NCBI GenBank assembly: GCA_964342525.1
Contig: CAYFGQ010000013.1
Location: forward strand, 477-64,476
Reading direction: 5' to 3'
Origin: an uncultured Arcobacteraceae bacterium
Lineage (GTDB): Bacteria; Campylobacterota; Campylobacteria; Campylobacterales; Arcobacteraceae
DNA: 64,000 nucleotides
Made by a program: the position numbers and the translations under genes. This document shows, piece by piece, positions 8,995-19,713 of the stretch (position 1 is its first letter; every line of letters starts with the position of its first letter). Below the pieces are notes generated by a model. The model did not search any database. It saw only the letters and a list, made by a program, of their open reading frames with translations, and was not told where the DNA came from.

Positions 8995-9017
8995 CTTATT
9001 TCAAAATTTGAAATAAG
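8995..9017. terminator. Bidirectional hairpin between convergent genes
   Basis: CTTATTTCAAA-A-TTTGAAATAAG is a near-perfect 23-nt palindrome lying between the stop codons at 8982 and 9019. Confidence 0.55.
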
Positions 9018-9018
9018 A

Positions 9019-9582
9019 TTAAACGTCAGCCATAGCTTTAAATCTCACCCCAGCTCTACCAACATTTTCAACATGAACATGGAATCTATCATCAAGCCTT
9101 CCCTCTTCAATATACTGCTTTTTAATCTCAAGAATCAAAGGTACAGTTTTACCCGGAATATCCACTTGCTGATAAAACTCACAAAATAAAGCACTTTGAG
9201 TTGATCTAATAATTGGTGGAAAACCATCTACCATATGCTCAGTCTCAATACAAAACTTCTCAATCTCCCCATCCTCTTTGGGTAAAGGTGTAGCACAATT
9301 TTTTACATCTTCAGTATTATCTTTATTTACAAAACAAATAGTCGCTTTTCCTGTCTTTAAAATATTGTGTAAAGAATCCTTTTGGGTACCATCATCCTTA
9401 TGCCCAATAGATACTACAACAGTAGCTGGATTTGATGAGAGTGGTGTAAAGTAAGAAAAAGGAGCAGCATTTAAAACCCCATCATGCTCCGTAACTACCC
9501 ACGCAATAGGTCTTGGAACCACTGTATCTGACATCAATTTATATCTATTTAGATCGTTTACATCTACATAATCTAAAACCAT
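9019..9582 (-). CDS. Flavin reductase-like (FMN-binding split-barrel) protein
   Basis: The stretch ..VVPRPIAWVVTEHDGVLNAAPFSYFTPLSSNPATVVVSIG.. is typical of the flavin reductase domain. Confidence 0.75.
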   Translation of the reverse strand: MVLDYVDVNDLNRYKLMSDTVVPRPIAWVVTEHDGVLNAAPFSYFTPLSSNPATVVVSIGHKDDGTQKDSLHNILKTGKATICFVNKDNTEDVKNCATPLPKEDGEIEKFCIETEHMVDGFPPIIRSTQSALFCEFYQQVDIPGKTVPLILEIKKQYIEEGRLDDRFHVHVENVGRAGVRFKAMADV

Positions 9583-9653
9583 TTTTAACCCCCATTAAAA
9601 ATATTTTTTGAAGATTATAAAAAATTGGATTAAAAGTCGCATAATTAAATGGT

Positions 9654-9875
9654 TTAATTTTTTGTATTTTTATCATCGTATAAATTAAACCATACCTTAG
9701 TACCATCTAAAATCCCCATAGTCATAGCAATAATAAACGAAATTACAAAATCTATAGTAAATGAAGAAAATATAATAAAATTTATCCCTAAAATTATAAA
9801 TAAATATTTTATATATATTAAATTAATCCATTTTGATATAATCATCAAAGCTAAACCTACAATAATTGCTAACAT
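9654..9875 (-). CDS. Small hydrophobic (two-TM) protein
   Basis: 73 aa and strongly hydrophobic. It overlaps the upstream ABC ATPase gene by 7 nt, which suggests translational coupling. Confidence 0.4.
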   Translation of the reverse strand: MLAIIVGLALMIISKWINLIYIKYLFIILGINFIIFSSFTIDFVISFIIAMTMGILDGTKVWFNLYDDKNTKN

Positions 9876-10651
9876 ATAAAATACCTATTATTCTTAGATT
9901 TTACTTTTATATCCACATCAAAAACTTTCGATAAATTTTCACTAGTTAAAATATCCTCTTTTTTGCCAGCTTTATAAATAGTGCGATCATAAACTAAAGC
10001 TATATTTCCTATCTCTTCAAATATCTCATCAAGATGGTGAGTAACCAATATAATGGTCACCTCCTTAGATAACTTCTTCATAATATCAATAAACTGCAAC
10101 TGAGCCTTTATATCAAGCCCCACAGTAGGTTCATCCAATATCAAAGCCTTAGGATTATGAATCAAAGCACGAGCCACAACACAACGCCGAAGCTCTCCAG
10201 TAGACATAGTGGCCACCTTTTTCTCCTTCAAATGCCCTATCTCCAAAAACTCCATCACTTCATCTACCCTTTTACAATCCTCATCTTTAATATTCTGAAA
10301 TCTTAAAACCCCAATAGAATTATAAAGCCCACCAAGAACAAGCTCAAATCCCCTCACAAAGTTAGCATTTGTATAAATAAAATTATGAATATCATTAGTA
10401 ATAATACCAATATGCTTTTTCAAATCATCAATAGAATATCTATCACGACCCAATATCTTCTTAGTAGGATTATATTTTAAAATAGGATGAATTTCAGATT
10501 GAATAACCTTCATCAAAGTAGATTTACCAGAACCATTAGCCCCAAGAATAGCAAAATGCTCACCCTCTTTTATAGTAAGATTTAAATCTTTTAAAGCAAA
10601 GGACTCTCCATCATAGGAGATGTTTATGTTTTTAAATTCTATTATGTTCAT
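9869..10651 (-). CDS. ABC transporter ATP-binding protein (no permease partner nearby)
   Basis: Walker A GANGSGKST, signature MSTGELRR, Walker B LILDEPTVGLD and the H-loop VTHH are all present. Confidence 0.85.
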   Translation of the reverse strand: MNIIEFKNINISYDGESFALKDLNLTIKEGEHFAILGANGSGKSTLMKVIQSEIHPILKYNPTKKILGRDRYSIDDLKKHIGIITNDIHNFIYTNANFVRGFELVLGGLYNSIGVLRFQNIKDEDCKRVDEVMEFLEIGHLKEKKVATMSTGELRRCVVARALIHNPKALILDEPTVGLDIKAQLQFIDIMKKLSKEVTIILVTHHLDEIFEEIGNIALVYDRTIYKAGKKEDILTSENLSKVFDVDIKVKSKNNRYFIC

Positions 10652-10745
10652 AGCTTATACTTCATTTTCTGATATTTTAAACATCTTATTTCCTAGTAAT
10701 ATAAAATAAGATCAACGTATTGACTCTATTTAAAAAATAGTAAAA

Positions 10746-10952
10746 TCACCCTTTAAATAGGCTCTTATCTAAGTTATTTAACATATTTTTTTGATCTTGT
10801 GCTTTTAATTTTTCAATATTATCTTCACCTTGCATCATAAGCCTTAACATATCAAGTGAATCTTTCATATTTTCATATGTCCTAATTTGAATAGTAGTTT
10901 TCTTCTCATCATTTTGATTTATTGTGATAGTTTGATTTTCATTTGAATTCAT
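10746..10952 (-). CDS. Hypothetical small protein
   Basis: 68-aa ORF in the same orientation as its neighbours. I recognised no motif. Confidence 0.3.
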   Translation of the reverse strand: MNSNENQTITINQNDEKKTTIQIRTYENMKDSLDMLRLMMQGEDNIEKLKAQDQKNMLNNLDKSLFKG

Positions 10953-11023
10953 TTTATATCCTTTTTCAAAGATAATAAATTTTACTCTATAAATATTAAT
11001 TAAAAATTATCAAATATTTTTAA

Positions 11024-11392
11024 TCAAAAGAACTTAACTACTATACTCAAAGAAATAAACCAAAATATAAGTGTATAAACAATTTCTATTATCATATCAG
11101 CAAGAAAAAATTTACTCTTTATAATATTATTCGATTCAGTATATTCATCATTAATAATATTGTTCATACTATTATTAATTTTTCTAAATCCTTCAATATA
11201 AAATATAATCCCTGCATTTAAAGCTTTCTCTGCAGAATTCATGGAATTTCCTTTACTTACAGATAAAAGTACAGATGCTACAAAAACAGTTGTAACCCTA
11301 GCTAAAAATGGTACCCAAAAAATCATACCAATAAAAGCCCAACAAGTATGAACAAATACTCTAATAATTTCTAATAAAAATCTTTTGATCAT
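11024..11392 (-). CDS. Hypothetical membrane protein
   Basis: 122 aa with three or more hydrophobic segments. I recognised no family. Confidence 0.45.
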   Translation of the reverse strand: MIKRFLLEIIRVFVHTCWAFIGMIFWVPFLARVTTVFVASVLLSVSKGNSMNSAEKALNAGIIFYIEGFRKINNSMNNIINDEYTESNNIIKSKFFLADMIIEIVYTLIFWFISLSIVVKFF

Positions 11393-11482
11393 ATATTTCC
11401 CTTAATTTAATTAAATAACTATAACAAAATTGAGGTTATATTTAAGTCACAAGTAAAAAAGTTATATTTTAAAATAGATCAA

Positions 11483-11552
11483 GGCGGAGGAGTTTTTTGG
11501 CGATGGAGCTTACAAGAGGTAAGTGACTGAGTCAAAAAACTCCTCCAACGCC
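11483..11552 (-). terminator. Long GC-rich hairpin element downstream of gyrB
   Basis: GGCGGAGGAGTTTTTTG (11483-11499) pairs with CAAAAAACTCCTCCAACGCC (11533-11552), with one bulge. An inner hairpin CTTAC-AAGAG-GTAAG is present. The element lies 26 nt after the gyrB stop. Confidence 0.45.
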
Positions 11553-11577
11553 GATATTTTTTAAAAGATAGCTTTTT

Positions 11578-13893
<2,316 letters not shown>

Positions 13894-13912
13894 TTATTTT
13901 TCCTTTGGTGTC

Positions 13913-14983
13913 TTATCTATCTAAAATTAATGGCATAATGATTGTTGAAAATTTTCCATCTTCTAAATAAAATGGAAGATTTGACTCATTAAAGCCTATT
14001 GATATATTGTTATTGTTTACTAGACTTAAAAAGTCTAATAGATATTTACTATTAGCTGCTAGATAGAATGAACCATCTACAGGAAGATCAATATCTATTT
14101 GTGTTTTAGCTTCACTATTTTCATCTAATGATTCAAATACAATTGAATTTGATGAGAATGTAATTTTTACATTTGCAAATATAGATGTTACAAGTTTAAT
14201 TGATTCTACTAATTGATCTTTTGGTAAAGAAAGATTATATTTTAAAGAATTAGGGATGATTCTTTCATAATCTGGAAATTTACCATTTATAAGTCTTGTA
14301 AAAAATGTAACATTATTTGAATTGATTACTAGGTTTGTATCATCATAAAGAATAGTTGTTTCATCTAAGAAAAGTTTTTGAATCTCAATAATTGCTTTTT
14401 TAGGGATAATTAATTGTTTTGCTTCTGTTGATTGTTTATCTACATATGTTACAGCTAATCTTCTAGTATCTGTTGCTACGAAATTGATTTTATTTTGTTT
14501 AATATCTATTAATGCACCATTTAATTCAAATTTTGGATTATTGTTATCTATTGCTGGTGTAATTTTCTTAATAGAGTTTATTAAAGATATAGTATCAACT
14601 TCTAAATTGTTTAAGTTGTTTAATTCTGGAAATGAAGGAAATTCATCTGGATTATACATAGGAAGTTTAAAGCTTGATCTATTTTGTTTAATAAGTAGAT
14701 TGTCTTCAATCTTTTCTATAATGATATCTTCATTTTTTAATCTTCTAATAATACCAAGTAGATTAGCACCATTTACTGTAGCACTACCAGATAAGGTATC
14801 TTTTATATCTGTAAGTACTGCTTTATATCCCATTTCATAATCTGTAGCTTTTATAGTTAAATTATCGTTTTCAACTACAAGTAGTAAATGAGATGTAATT
14901 GAACTTGCATCTTTCTTATCTAAGAAAGGTTGTATTGAAGTTACTACATTTTCAAAAACACTTTTGTTTATGATAAGTTTCAT
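13913..14983 (-). CDS. dnaN: DNA polymerase III beta sliding clamp
   Basis: 356 aa, positioned between dnaA and gyrB, with a typical three-domain clamp sequence. Confidence 0.93.
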   Translation of the reverse strand: MKLIINKSVFENVVTSIQPFLDKKDASSITSHLLLVVENDNLTIKATDYEMGYKAVLTDIKDTLSGSATVNGANLLGIIRRLKNEDIIIEKIEDNLLIKQNRSSFKLPMYNPDEFPSFPELNNLNNLEVDTISLINSIKKITPAIDNNNPKFELNGALIDIKQNKINFVATDTRRLAVTYVDKQSTEAKQLIIPKKAIIEIQKLFLDETTILYDDTNLVINSNNVTFFTRLINGKFPDYERIIPNSLKYNLSLPKDQLVESIKLVTSIFANVKITFSSNSIVFESLDENSEAKTQIDIDLPVDGSFYLAANSKYLLDFLSLVNNNNISIGFNESNLPFYLEDGKFSTIIMPLILDR

Positions 14984-15141
14984 TTCTTTGTCTCCCTAAT
15001 ATTTATTTCTGTAGTAGAATTAGTAGCTTTACTTGAATAAGTGAAAAACTCTGATAAAGCCCTAAATGATTGTATCTGAAGAGATTGAATAATTTAGAGA
15101 TTTTTTTCACAGTTTTTCACTTGGACCTTTAAAACTTTATT
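14984..15141. other. dnaA-dnaN spacer with DnaA-box-like 9-mers (candidate oriC2-type subregion)
   Basis: The boxes are AGTGAAAAA (15040-15048, rc TTTTTCACT), TTTTTCACA (15103-15111) and TTTTTCACT (15113-15121). All share the TTCAC core of epsilonproteobacterial DnaA boxes. Confidence 0.45.
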
Positions 15142-16452
15142 TTACCACTCCTTATTTACTATCTTATTCTTTAGATTTTCAATACTTAATCTAAAGTTTT
15201 CATCTTTCTCAATTAGCTCATTTGCTTTTGAGATATTTTTTGAAACAGATGAGTAATCTTTCATACCCAGTTCCCCTGCAATAAGTTGCATAGAGTTGTG
15301 TGTAAGCTCTCTTGTTAAGTAGATCACGATTCTTCTAGCATTTGCTACTGTTGCAGTTCTTTTTTTAGATTTGATATCACTTGGTTTGATATTTAGTTCA
15401 TTTGCTACAACTTTGATAATATCTTCAAGCTTGATATTTTCTCTTTGCTCTTTTATTTGCTCACTCAGTAAGCTTTGAACAAACTCTAAGTTGATTTCAG
15501 AGTTTAAAAGTGAAGCGTGGGCATTTATCTTAATAAGTATACCCTCGATCTCTCTAATAGAACTTCCTATAGTTGTAGCTAGGTAGTTTATGATATCTCT
15601 AGTAAGCTCAATACCATTTAATTCACTCTTCTTTTCAATAATAGCGATCTTTGTTTCAAGTCCAGGAAGCTGGATATCACTCATAAGACCCCATTCAAAT
15701 CTACTCTTTAGTCTCTCTTCAAGTCCTGCGATCTTTGAAGGAAGTTTATCTGAAGTAAGGATGATTTGTTTATTTGCTGTGTGAAGTTCATTAAAAGTGT
15801 GGAAGAACTCCTTTTGAGTCTCCTCTTTACCACTTAAAAACTGAACATCATCGATTAGTAATAGATCACATTTTCTATATTTACTTCTAAAGTGTTCCAT
15901 ATTTTTATGTTGAAGTGAAAATGTGAAATCATTCATAAACTGCTCAATGGTTACATAGATCACGCTTTTGCTTTGCTCAATCATATGATTACCAATAGCT
16001 TGAAGTAAGTGAGTTTTCCCTAGACCAGTACCACCATATAAAAATAGTGGATTGTAAAGAATTCCAGGTTTTTTAGATACTGCAAGTGCCGCATTATAAG
16101 CCATTTGATTTGAACTACCCACAACAAAACTATCAAAAGTGTATGAAGGATTTAAGATAGTACTCTCTACCCTTTGAACCTCTTCTACTGTTTCTTTTTT
16201 AGTTTTTTTACGCTCACCAGCTACACGAATCTCTACTTTTCTTTTTTCACCTTCTACAGATTCAATGGCATGTTGAATACTTTTAGTGAATTTTGTGGTA
16301 ACTAGATTGGCAATATATCTATTTGGTGCATCAAAAACTGCTACTTTTTCGTTTGAACTAGCTTTTTTATAGTTTAGTTGCTTGATATATCTTGTATAGT
16401 CATTGCTTGGTAAATCTTCTCTTAGTTGGGCTAAAATATCTTTAGTGGTCAA
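15142..16452 (-). CDS. dnaA: Chromosomal replication initiator protein DnaA
   Basis: The AAA+ Walker A GGTGLGKTHLLQAIGN, LLIDDVQFL and a C-terminal DnaA-box-binding HTH are present. Confidence 0.97.
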   Translation of the reverse strand: MTTKDILAQLREDLPSNDYTRYIKQLNYKKASSNEKVAVFDAPNRYIANLVTTKFTKSIQHAIESVEGEKRKVEIRVAGERKKTKKETVEEVQRVESTILNPSYTFDSFVVGSSNQMAYNAALAVSKKPGILYNPLFLYGGTGLGKTHLLQAIGNHMIEQSKSVIYVTIEQFMNDFTFSLQHKNMEHFRSKYRKCDLLLIDDVQFLSGKEETQKEFFHTFNELHTANKQIILTSDKLPSKIAGLEERLKSRFEWGLMSDIQLPGLETKIAIIEKKSELNGIELTRDIINYLATTIGSSIREIEGILIKINAHASLLNSEINLEFVQSLLSEQIKEQRENIKLEDIIKVVANELNIKPSDIKSKKRTATVANARRIVIYLTRELTHNSMQLIAGELGMKDYSSVSKNISKANELIEKDENFRLSIENLKNKIVNKEW

Positions 16453-16616
16453 TCTCTCATCTTTTCAATTTGATTATTTTTGTTTAAAATTGTAATATAT
16501 TATCTAAAATTTGTATAATAAAATATTAAATATCTCACATATAAACCTAATATGAATAACTATCATGTGAAAATATGTGAAAAAGTGAATAAAATTATGA
16601 AAAAAGAGTTGAAAAT
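16453..16616. other. ruvC-dnaA intergenic region: candidate oriC (oriC1-type) with a DnaA-box cluster and an AT-rich tract
   Basis: Three closely packed boxes are present: TGTGAAAAT (16567-16575), TGTGAAAAA (16577-16585) and AGTGAATAA (16584-16592, rc TTATTCACT). A very AT-rich stretch lies at about 16470-16545. Confidence 0.6.
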
Positions 16617-17096
16617 ATGAAAATATTGGGAATTGATCCAGGAACAATAAATTGCGGATATTCTATTTTAGAAGTGAATAACAACAAACCAAGATTAATC
16701 GAAGCGGGTCTTGTGAAGATAAAATCACGTAGCTTACAAGAGCAAATTGTTGAATTAGTAGAAGGGCTTGATCTTATCTTTTCAAAGCATCAAATTGATG
16801 AAGTTGCTATTGAAGATATCTTCTTTGCTTTTAATCCAAAATCCGTAATAAAACTTGCTCAATTTAGGGGAGCTTTATCTTTAAAAATTTTACAGGATAT
16901 TGGAAATTTTGCTGAATATACACCTCTACAGGTAAAAAAAGCGGTTACTGGAAATGGAAAAGCTGATAAAAAACAAGTTGCTTTTATGGTAAAACGGCTA
17001 CTAAATCTTAAGGGTGAAATAAAACCACTGGATATAACAGATGCTATTGCTGTATCAGTTACCCATGCACAAAGACTTAGATTTAATCCTCAGTAG
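16617..17096 (+). CDS. ruvC: Holliday junction resolvase RuvC
   Basis: It starts MKILGIDPG...GYSIL, has a RuvC-typical length (159 aa) and carries the ..[13 protein letters not shown] motif. Confidence 0.93.
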   Translation: MKILGIDPGTINCGYSILEVNNNKPRLIEAGLVKIKSRSLQEQIVELVEGLDLIFSKHQIDEVAIEDIFFAFNPKSVIKLAQFRGALSLKILQDIGNFAEYTPLQVKKAVTGNGKADKKQVAFMVKRLLNLKGEIKPLDITDAIAVSVTHAQRLRFNPQ

Positions 17097-17236
17097 GTAA
17101 TAAACTAAATTATATAAAAAACTTTTTAAATGATAAAATAATTCTTACTATATAATTTGTGAACAAAAAATAATAATTTTTTCAAAAAATAAAAAAAGTT
17201 ACTCAAAATATACCCTTTTTAGTATATAATGTTCGT

Positions 17237-17890
17237 ATGAAAGTATTTTTAGTAGAAGATGATCAAATATTAAATGAAGCTGTAAGTTCGGCTTTAGAGG
17301 GAATTGGTTTTGAGGTTGACTCATTTTTTGATGGTCAAAGTGCCTTTGATAATATAAGTAATAAATATCAAGTTTTTTTAATTGACATAAATCTACCGTA
17401 TATAAATGGATTGGAATTAGTGAAAAGGATAAAAAAATATAATACCGATGCAAAAGTGTTTATATTAAGCGCAGATTTAAATATTGATACAATTATGACA
17501 GCTTATGATATTGGTTGTGATGATTATCTAAAAAAGCCATTTGACATTAGAGAGTTATTAGCAAAAATCGATATTGTTAAAAAAGAGGATGGTCAAAAGA
17601 TAAAACTTTATAAAAATTGTGAATATGATCTTGAAAAACAAGTTTTCTATTACAATACAAAAGATCTTAAATTGACTAAAAAAGAAAATCTATTATTACA
17701 TATCTTAGTATCAAATATTGGTAAAACAGTAGAAAATGAAAAAATTGAAAGATATGTATGGGAAGAAGATATGGGAAGTGGATATGTAAGGCAACTTGTG
17801 GCTAAACTTAGAAAAAAACTACCATATGATATCATTCAAAATCATGCAGGTAATGGTTACCGAATTGAAAAATACAAAGGAAGAAGGTAA
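17237..17890 (+). CDS. OmpR/PhoB-type response regulator (no adjacent kinase)
   Basis: The receiver has the acidic pocket (VEDD), acceptor Asp (FLIDINLP) and KPF. The C-terminal winged helix reads ..LTKKENLLLHIL....GYRI. Confidence 0.85.
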   Translation: MKVFLVEDDQILNEAVSSALEGIGFEVDSFFDGQSAFDNISNKYQVFLIDINLPYINGLELVKRIKKYNTDAKVFILSADLNIDTIMTAYDIGCDDYLKKPFDIRELLAKIDIVKKEDGQKIKLYKNCEYDLEKQVFYYNTKDLKLTKKENLLLHILVSNIGKTVENEKIERYVWEEDMGSGYVRQLVAKLRKKLPYDIIQNHAGNGYRIEKYKGRR

Positions 17891-17915
17891 ACTTCTCCTT
17901 TACTTTTTATTTATC

Positions 17916-19061
17916 CTAAGAAAACATATTTTTATAACTAAAATAGTGTATTTTTTGAAAAAATAAATTATTTATTAAATCATTATATTTATCCAGTATT
18001 TCAATATTTGTAAAATCATTTGTTTTAATATCTGATATTAAATCTTTTACAAGTTCAATTAAATCTGAGATATTAATATTTGTCATAACTATCTGATTTA
18101 TATTTGATAAGGACATTAAATTATAATTATATTCAGGGTTTAAAAAATTATTATTTTCTTGAATATAAATATTATTAGTACTTGTGGTATCTATACAAGG
18201 AATATCAAACTTTTTAAATGGTGAGTTTAATGTTTCATAAAAGAATATAGGCTTACCAATGATTTCATAACTATACAAACTATCTAAAGCAATATTTTTT
18301 GTCAAAACTAAAAGCTCATTTAAAATTGTATTTTCTATAAGAGGTAATTTATCTGTATTACTTATTAAAGAGATAATAGGATTTATTTGTTTTAATAAAT
18401 TTAATTCTTTTTTTGTTCCCGGAAGATGGGGTACTATATCTAAAAATGATTGATATGACGTATGATTTATAGCTTGTTTTTCATATTCAGATTTAAAAGT
18501 CTCATCTCCTGTGCGTGGTGAAGCAAAAACGATAACTTCAATCTTTTCATTTGAATTTAATATATTTATTATTTCTTTATCTTGGGAGAATAGATAAGCT
18601 GCTAAGGTAGCAAGGGCTGCACCTTTACTATGTCCTGTAACATAAAGTTTTTTATTCTCATTTGAGTTAAGTTGTTTTATTACTTCTTTTTTCATAGAAT
18701 CAAAAATAGTTAATAGACCTATTTTAAAGCCTAAGTGAACTTTACCCGGAAATTCATTACTTTGAGTAGGTACAGCAACGAAATCTTGTACCCAATCTAT
18801 CCAACCATTTTTAACATCAGCATCTGTTCCTCTAAAAGCTATAGTTACTCCATTATTATTTGATCCAACAAGTCCAGCATTGATATGTAGATTTTTCATT
18901 TTATTTGTAAATAATTTTGGTTTATTTACAAAAATATTTGTAGCTTCTATAGCAGTTTCTTCTTTTGTAAATATTGCTTTTTGAGTAGATTCATCAAAAT
19001 CTATCCCTAGAGTTAAATCACAAATTGTCCACATATTTTTAGTTTGTTCATTTCTTTCCAT
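17916..19061 (-). CDS. Class-3 (Lipase_3 family) lipase-like serine hydrolase with a ~150-aa C-terminal extension
   Basis: The motifs are IAFRGTDA...WIDWVQDF, the nucleophile elbow VTGHSKGAALA (Ser145), ..FASPRTGD.. and ..DIVPHLP.. (candidate Asp and His). There is no signal peptide. Confidence 0.75.
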   Translation of the reverse strand: MERNEQTKNMWTICDLTLGIDFDESTQKAIFTKEETAIEATNIFVNKPKLFTNKMKNLHINAGLVGSNNNGVTIAFRGTDADVKNGWIDWVQDFVAVPTQSNEFPGKVHLGFKIGLLTIFDSMKKEVIKQLNSNENKKLYVTGHSKGAALATLAAYLFSQDKEIINILNSNEKIEVIVFASPRTGDETFKSEYEKQAINHTSYQSFLDIVPHLPGTKKELNLLKQINPIISLISNTDKLPLIENTILNELLVLTKNIALDSLYSYEIIGKPIFFYETLNSPFKKFDIPCIDTTSTNNIYIQENNNFLNPEYNYNLMSLSNINQIVMTNINISDLIELVKDLISDIKTNDFTNIEILDKYNDLINNLFFQKIHYFSYKNMFS

Positions 19062-19070
19062 TTAACATCC

Positions 19071-19712
19071 TTAATTACTTTCAAATAGTGATATATTTGC
19101 ATCTGCATCAAGAAGGCTTTCATTTTGAATAAAACCAAAAACTTGAAGGGAGCCTTTTTTATTTAATGAATTTTTATCAAGATCAATAATAATTTGATTT
19201 TCATTATTTAATTCTTCTTGAAAATTTTTTAAAACATCTCCGTTAAATAAAATACTTAGCATACATTTAGTTTTTTTAGTATTTTTACCTTGTAATACAA
19301 GCTGAGGATTTTTAAATGAATTTTTTGATATTAAGTATAGATTTTCAACATAACTAATACCAGCAGTTTTATCATGCCAATTTGATACTTGATAATTTGT
19401 ATTATAAATAGCTTCAATTCTTCCAGAATAAGGAGGAAGAGCAAATCCAGCGGAAATCTCTCCGGTGATAGATAAACTACCTTTTTCCACTATATAGTAT
19501 GTAATAGTTCTTGTTTCTCCATCTTTAAGATTAAACTGATTTGATAATTTTGACTCACCATTTATAGTTATATTGATATTAAAGTGAGTATTGTTTTTAT
19601 CTCCGATTACTCTAAGAGAAAGAACTCCTAGAGAATCTATTGAAAAGTTAAGATTATCAAATTTACTAACAAAAGCAGTTTCATCGTGCCATATTTTTGT
19701 TGTTATGGACAT
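19071..19712 (-). CDS. Protein made of two tandem copies of an uncharacterised ~105-aa module
   Basis: Residues 1-105 and 106-213 share W-H-D-x-T-A-x-[VI]-S...N-L...G-x-K-N-T...N-G...G-S-L-x-[IV]-x-G. Module 1 is about half identical to the N-terminus of the upstream PLC-like protein. Confidence 0.6.
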   Translation of the reverse strand: MSITTKIWHDETAFVSKFDNLNFSIDSLGVLSLRVIGDKNNTHFNINITINGESKLSNQFNLKDGETRTITYYIVEKGSLSITGEISAGFALPPYSGRIEAIYNTNYQVSNWHDKTAGISYVENLYLISKNSFKNPQLVLQGKNTKKTKCMLSILFNGDVLKNFQEELNNENQIIIDLDKNSLNKKGSLQVFGFIQNESLLDADANISLFESN

Positions 19713-19713
19713 T

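Noticed and set aside
11483-11552. Possible tRNA, given its ~70 nt length, higher GC and paired ends
   Set aside because: It folds as one long hairpin with an inner hairpin, not a cloverleaf. There are no D- or T-loop consensus sequences (GTTC.A) and no discriminator/CCA context.
14484-14840. 118-aa plus-strand ORF antisense to dnaN
   Set aside because: It is a shadow ORF inside an essential, clearly identified gene. The translation is hydrophobic and low in complexity.
17199-17453. 84-aa minus-strand ORF overlapping the response-regulator start
   Set aside because: It is antisense to a well-supported receiver domain and shows no coding signal.
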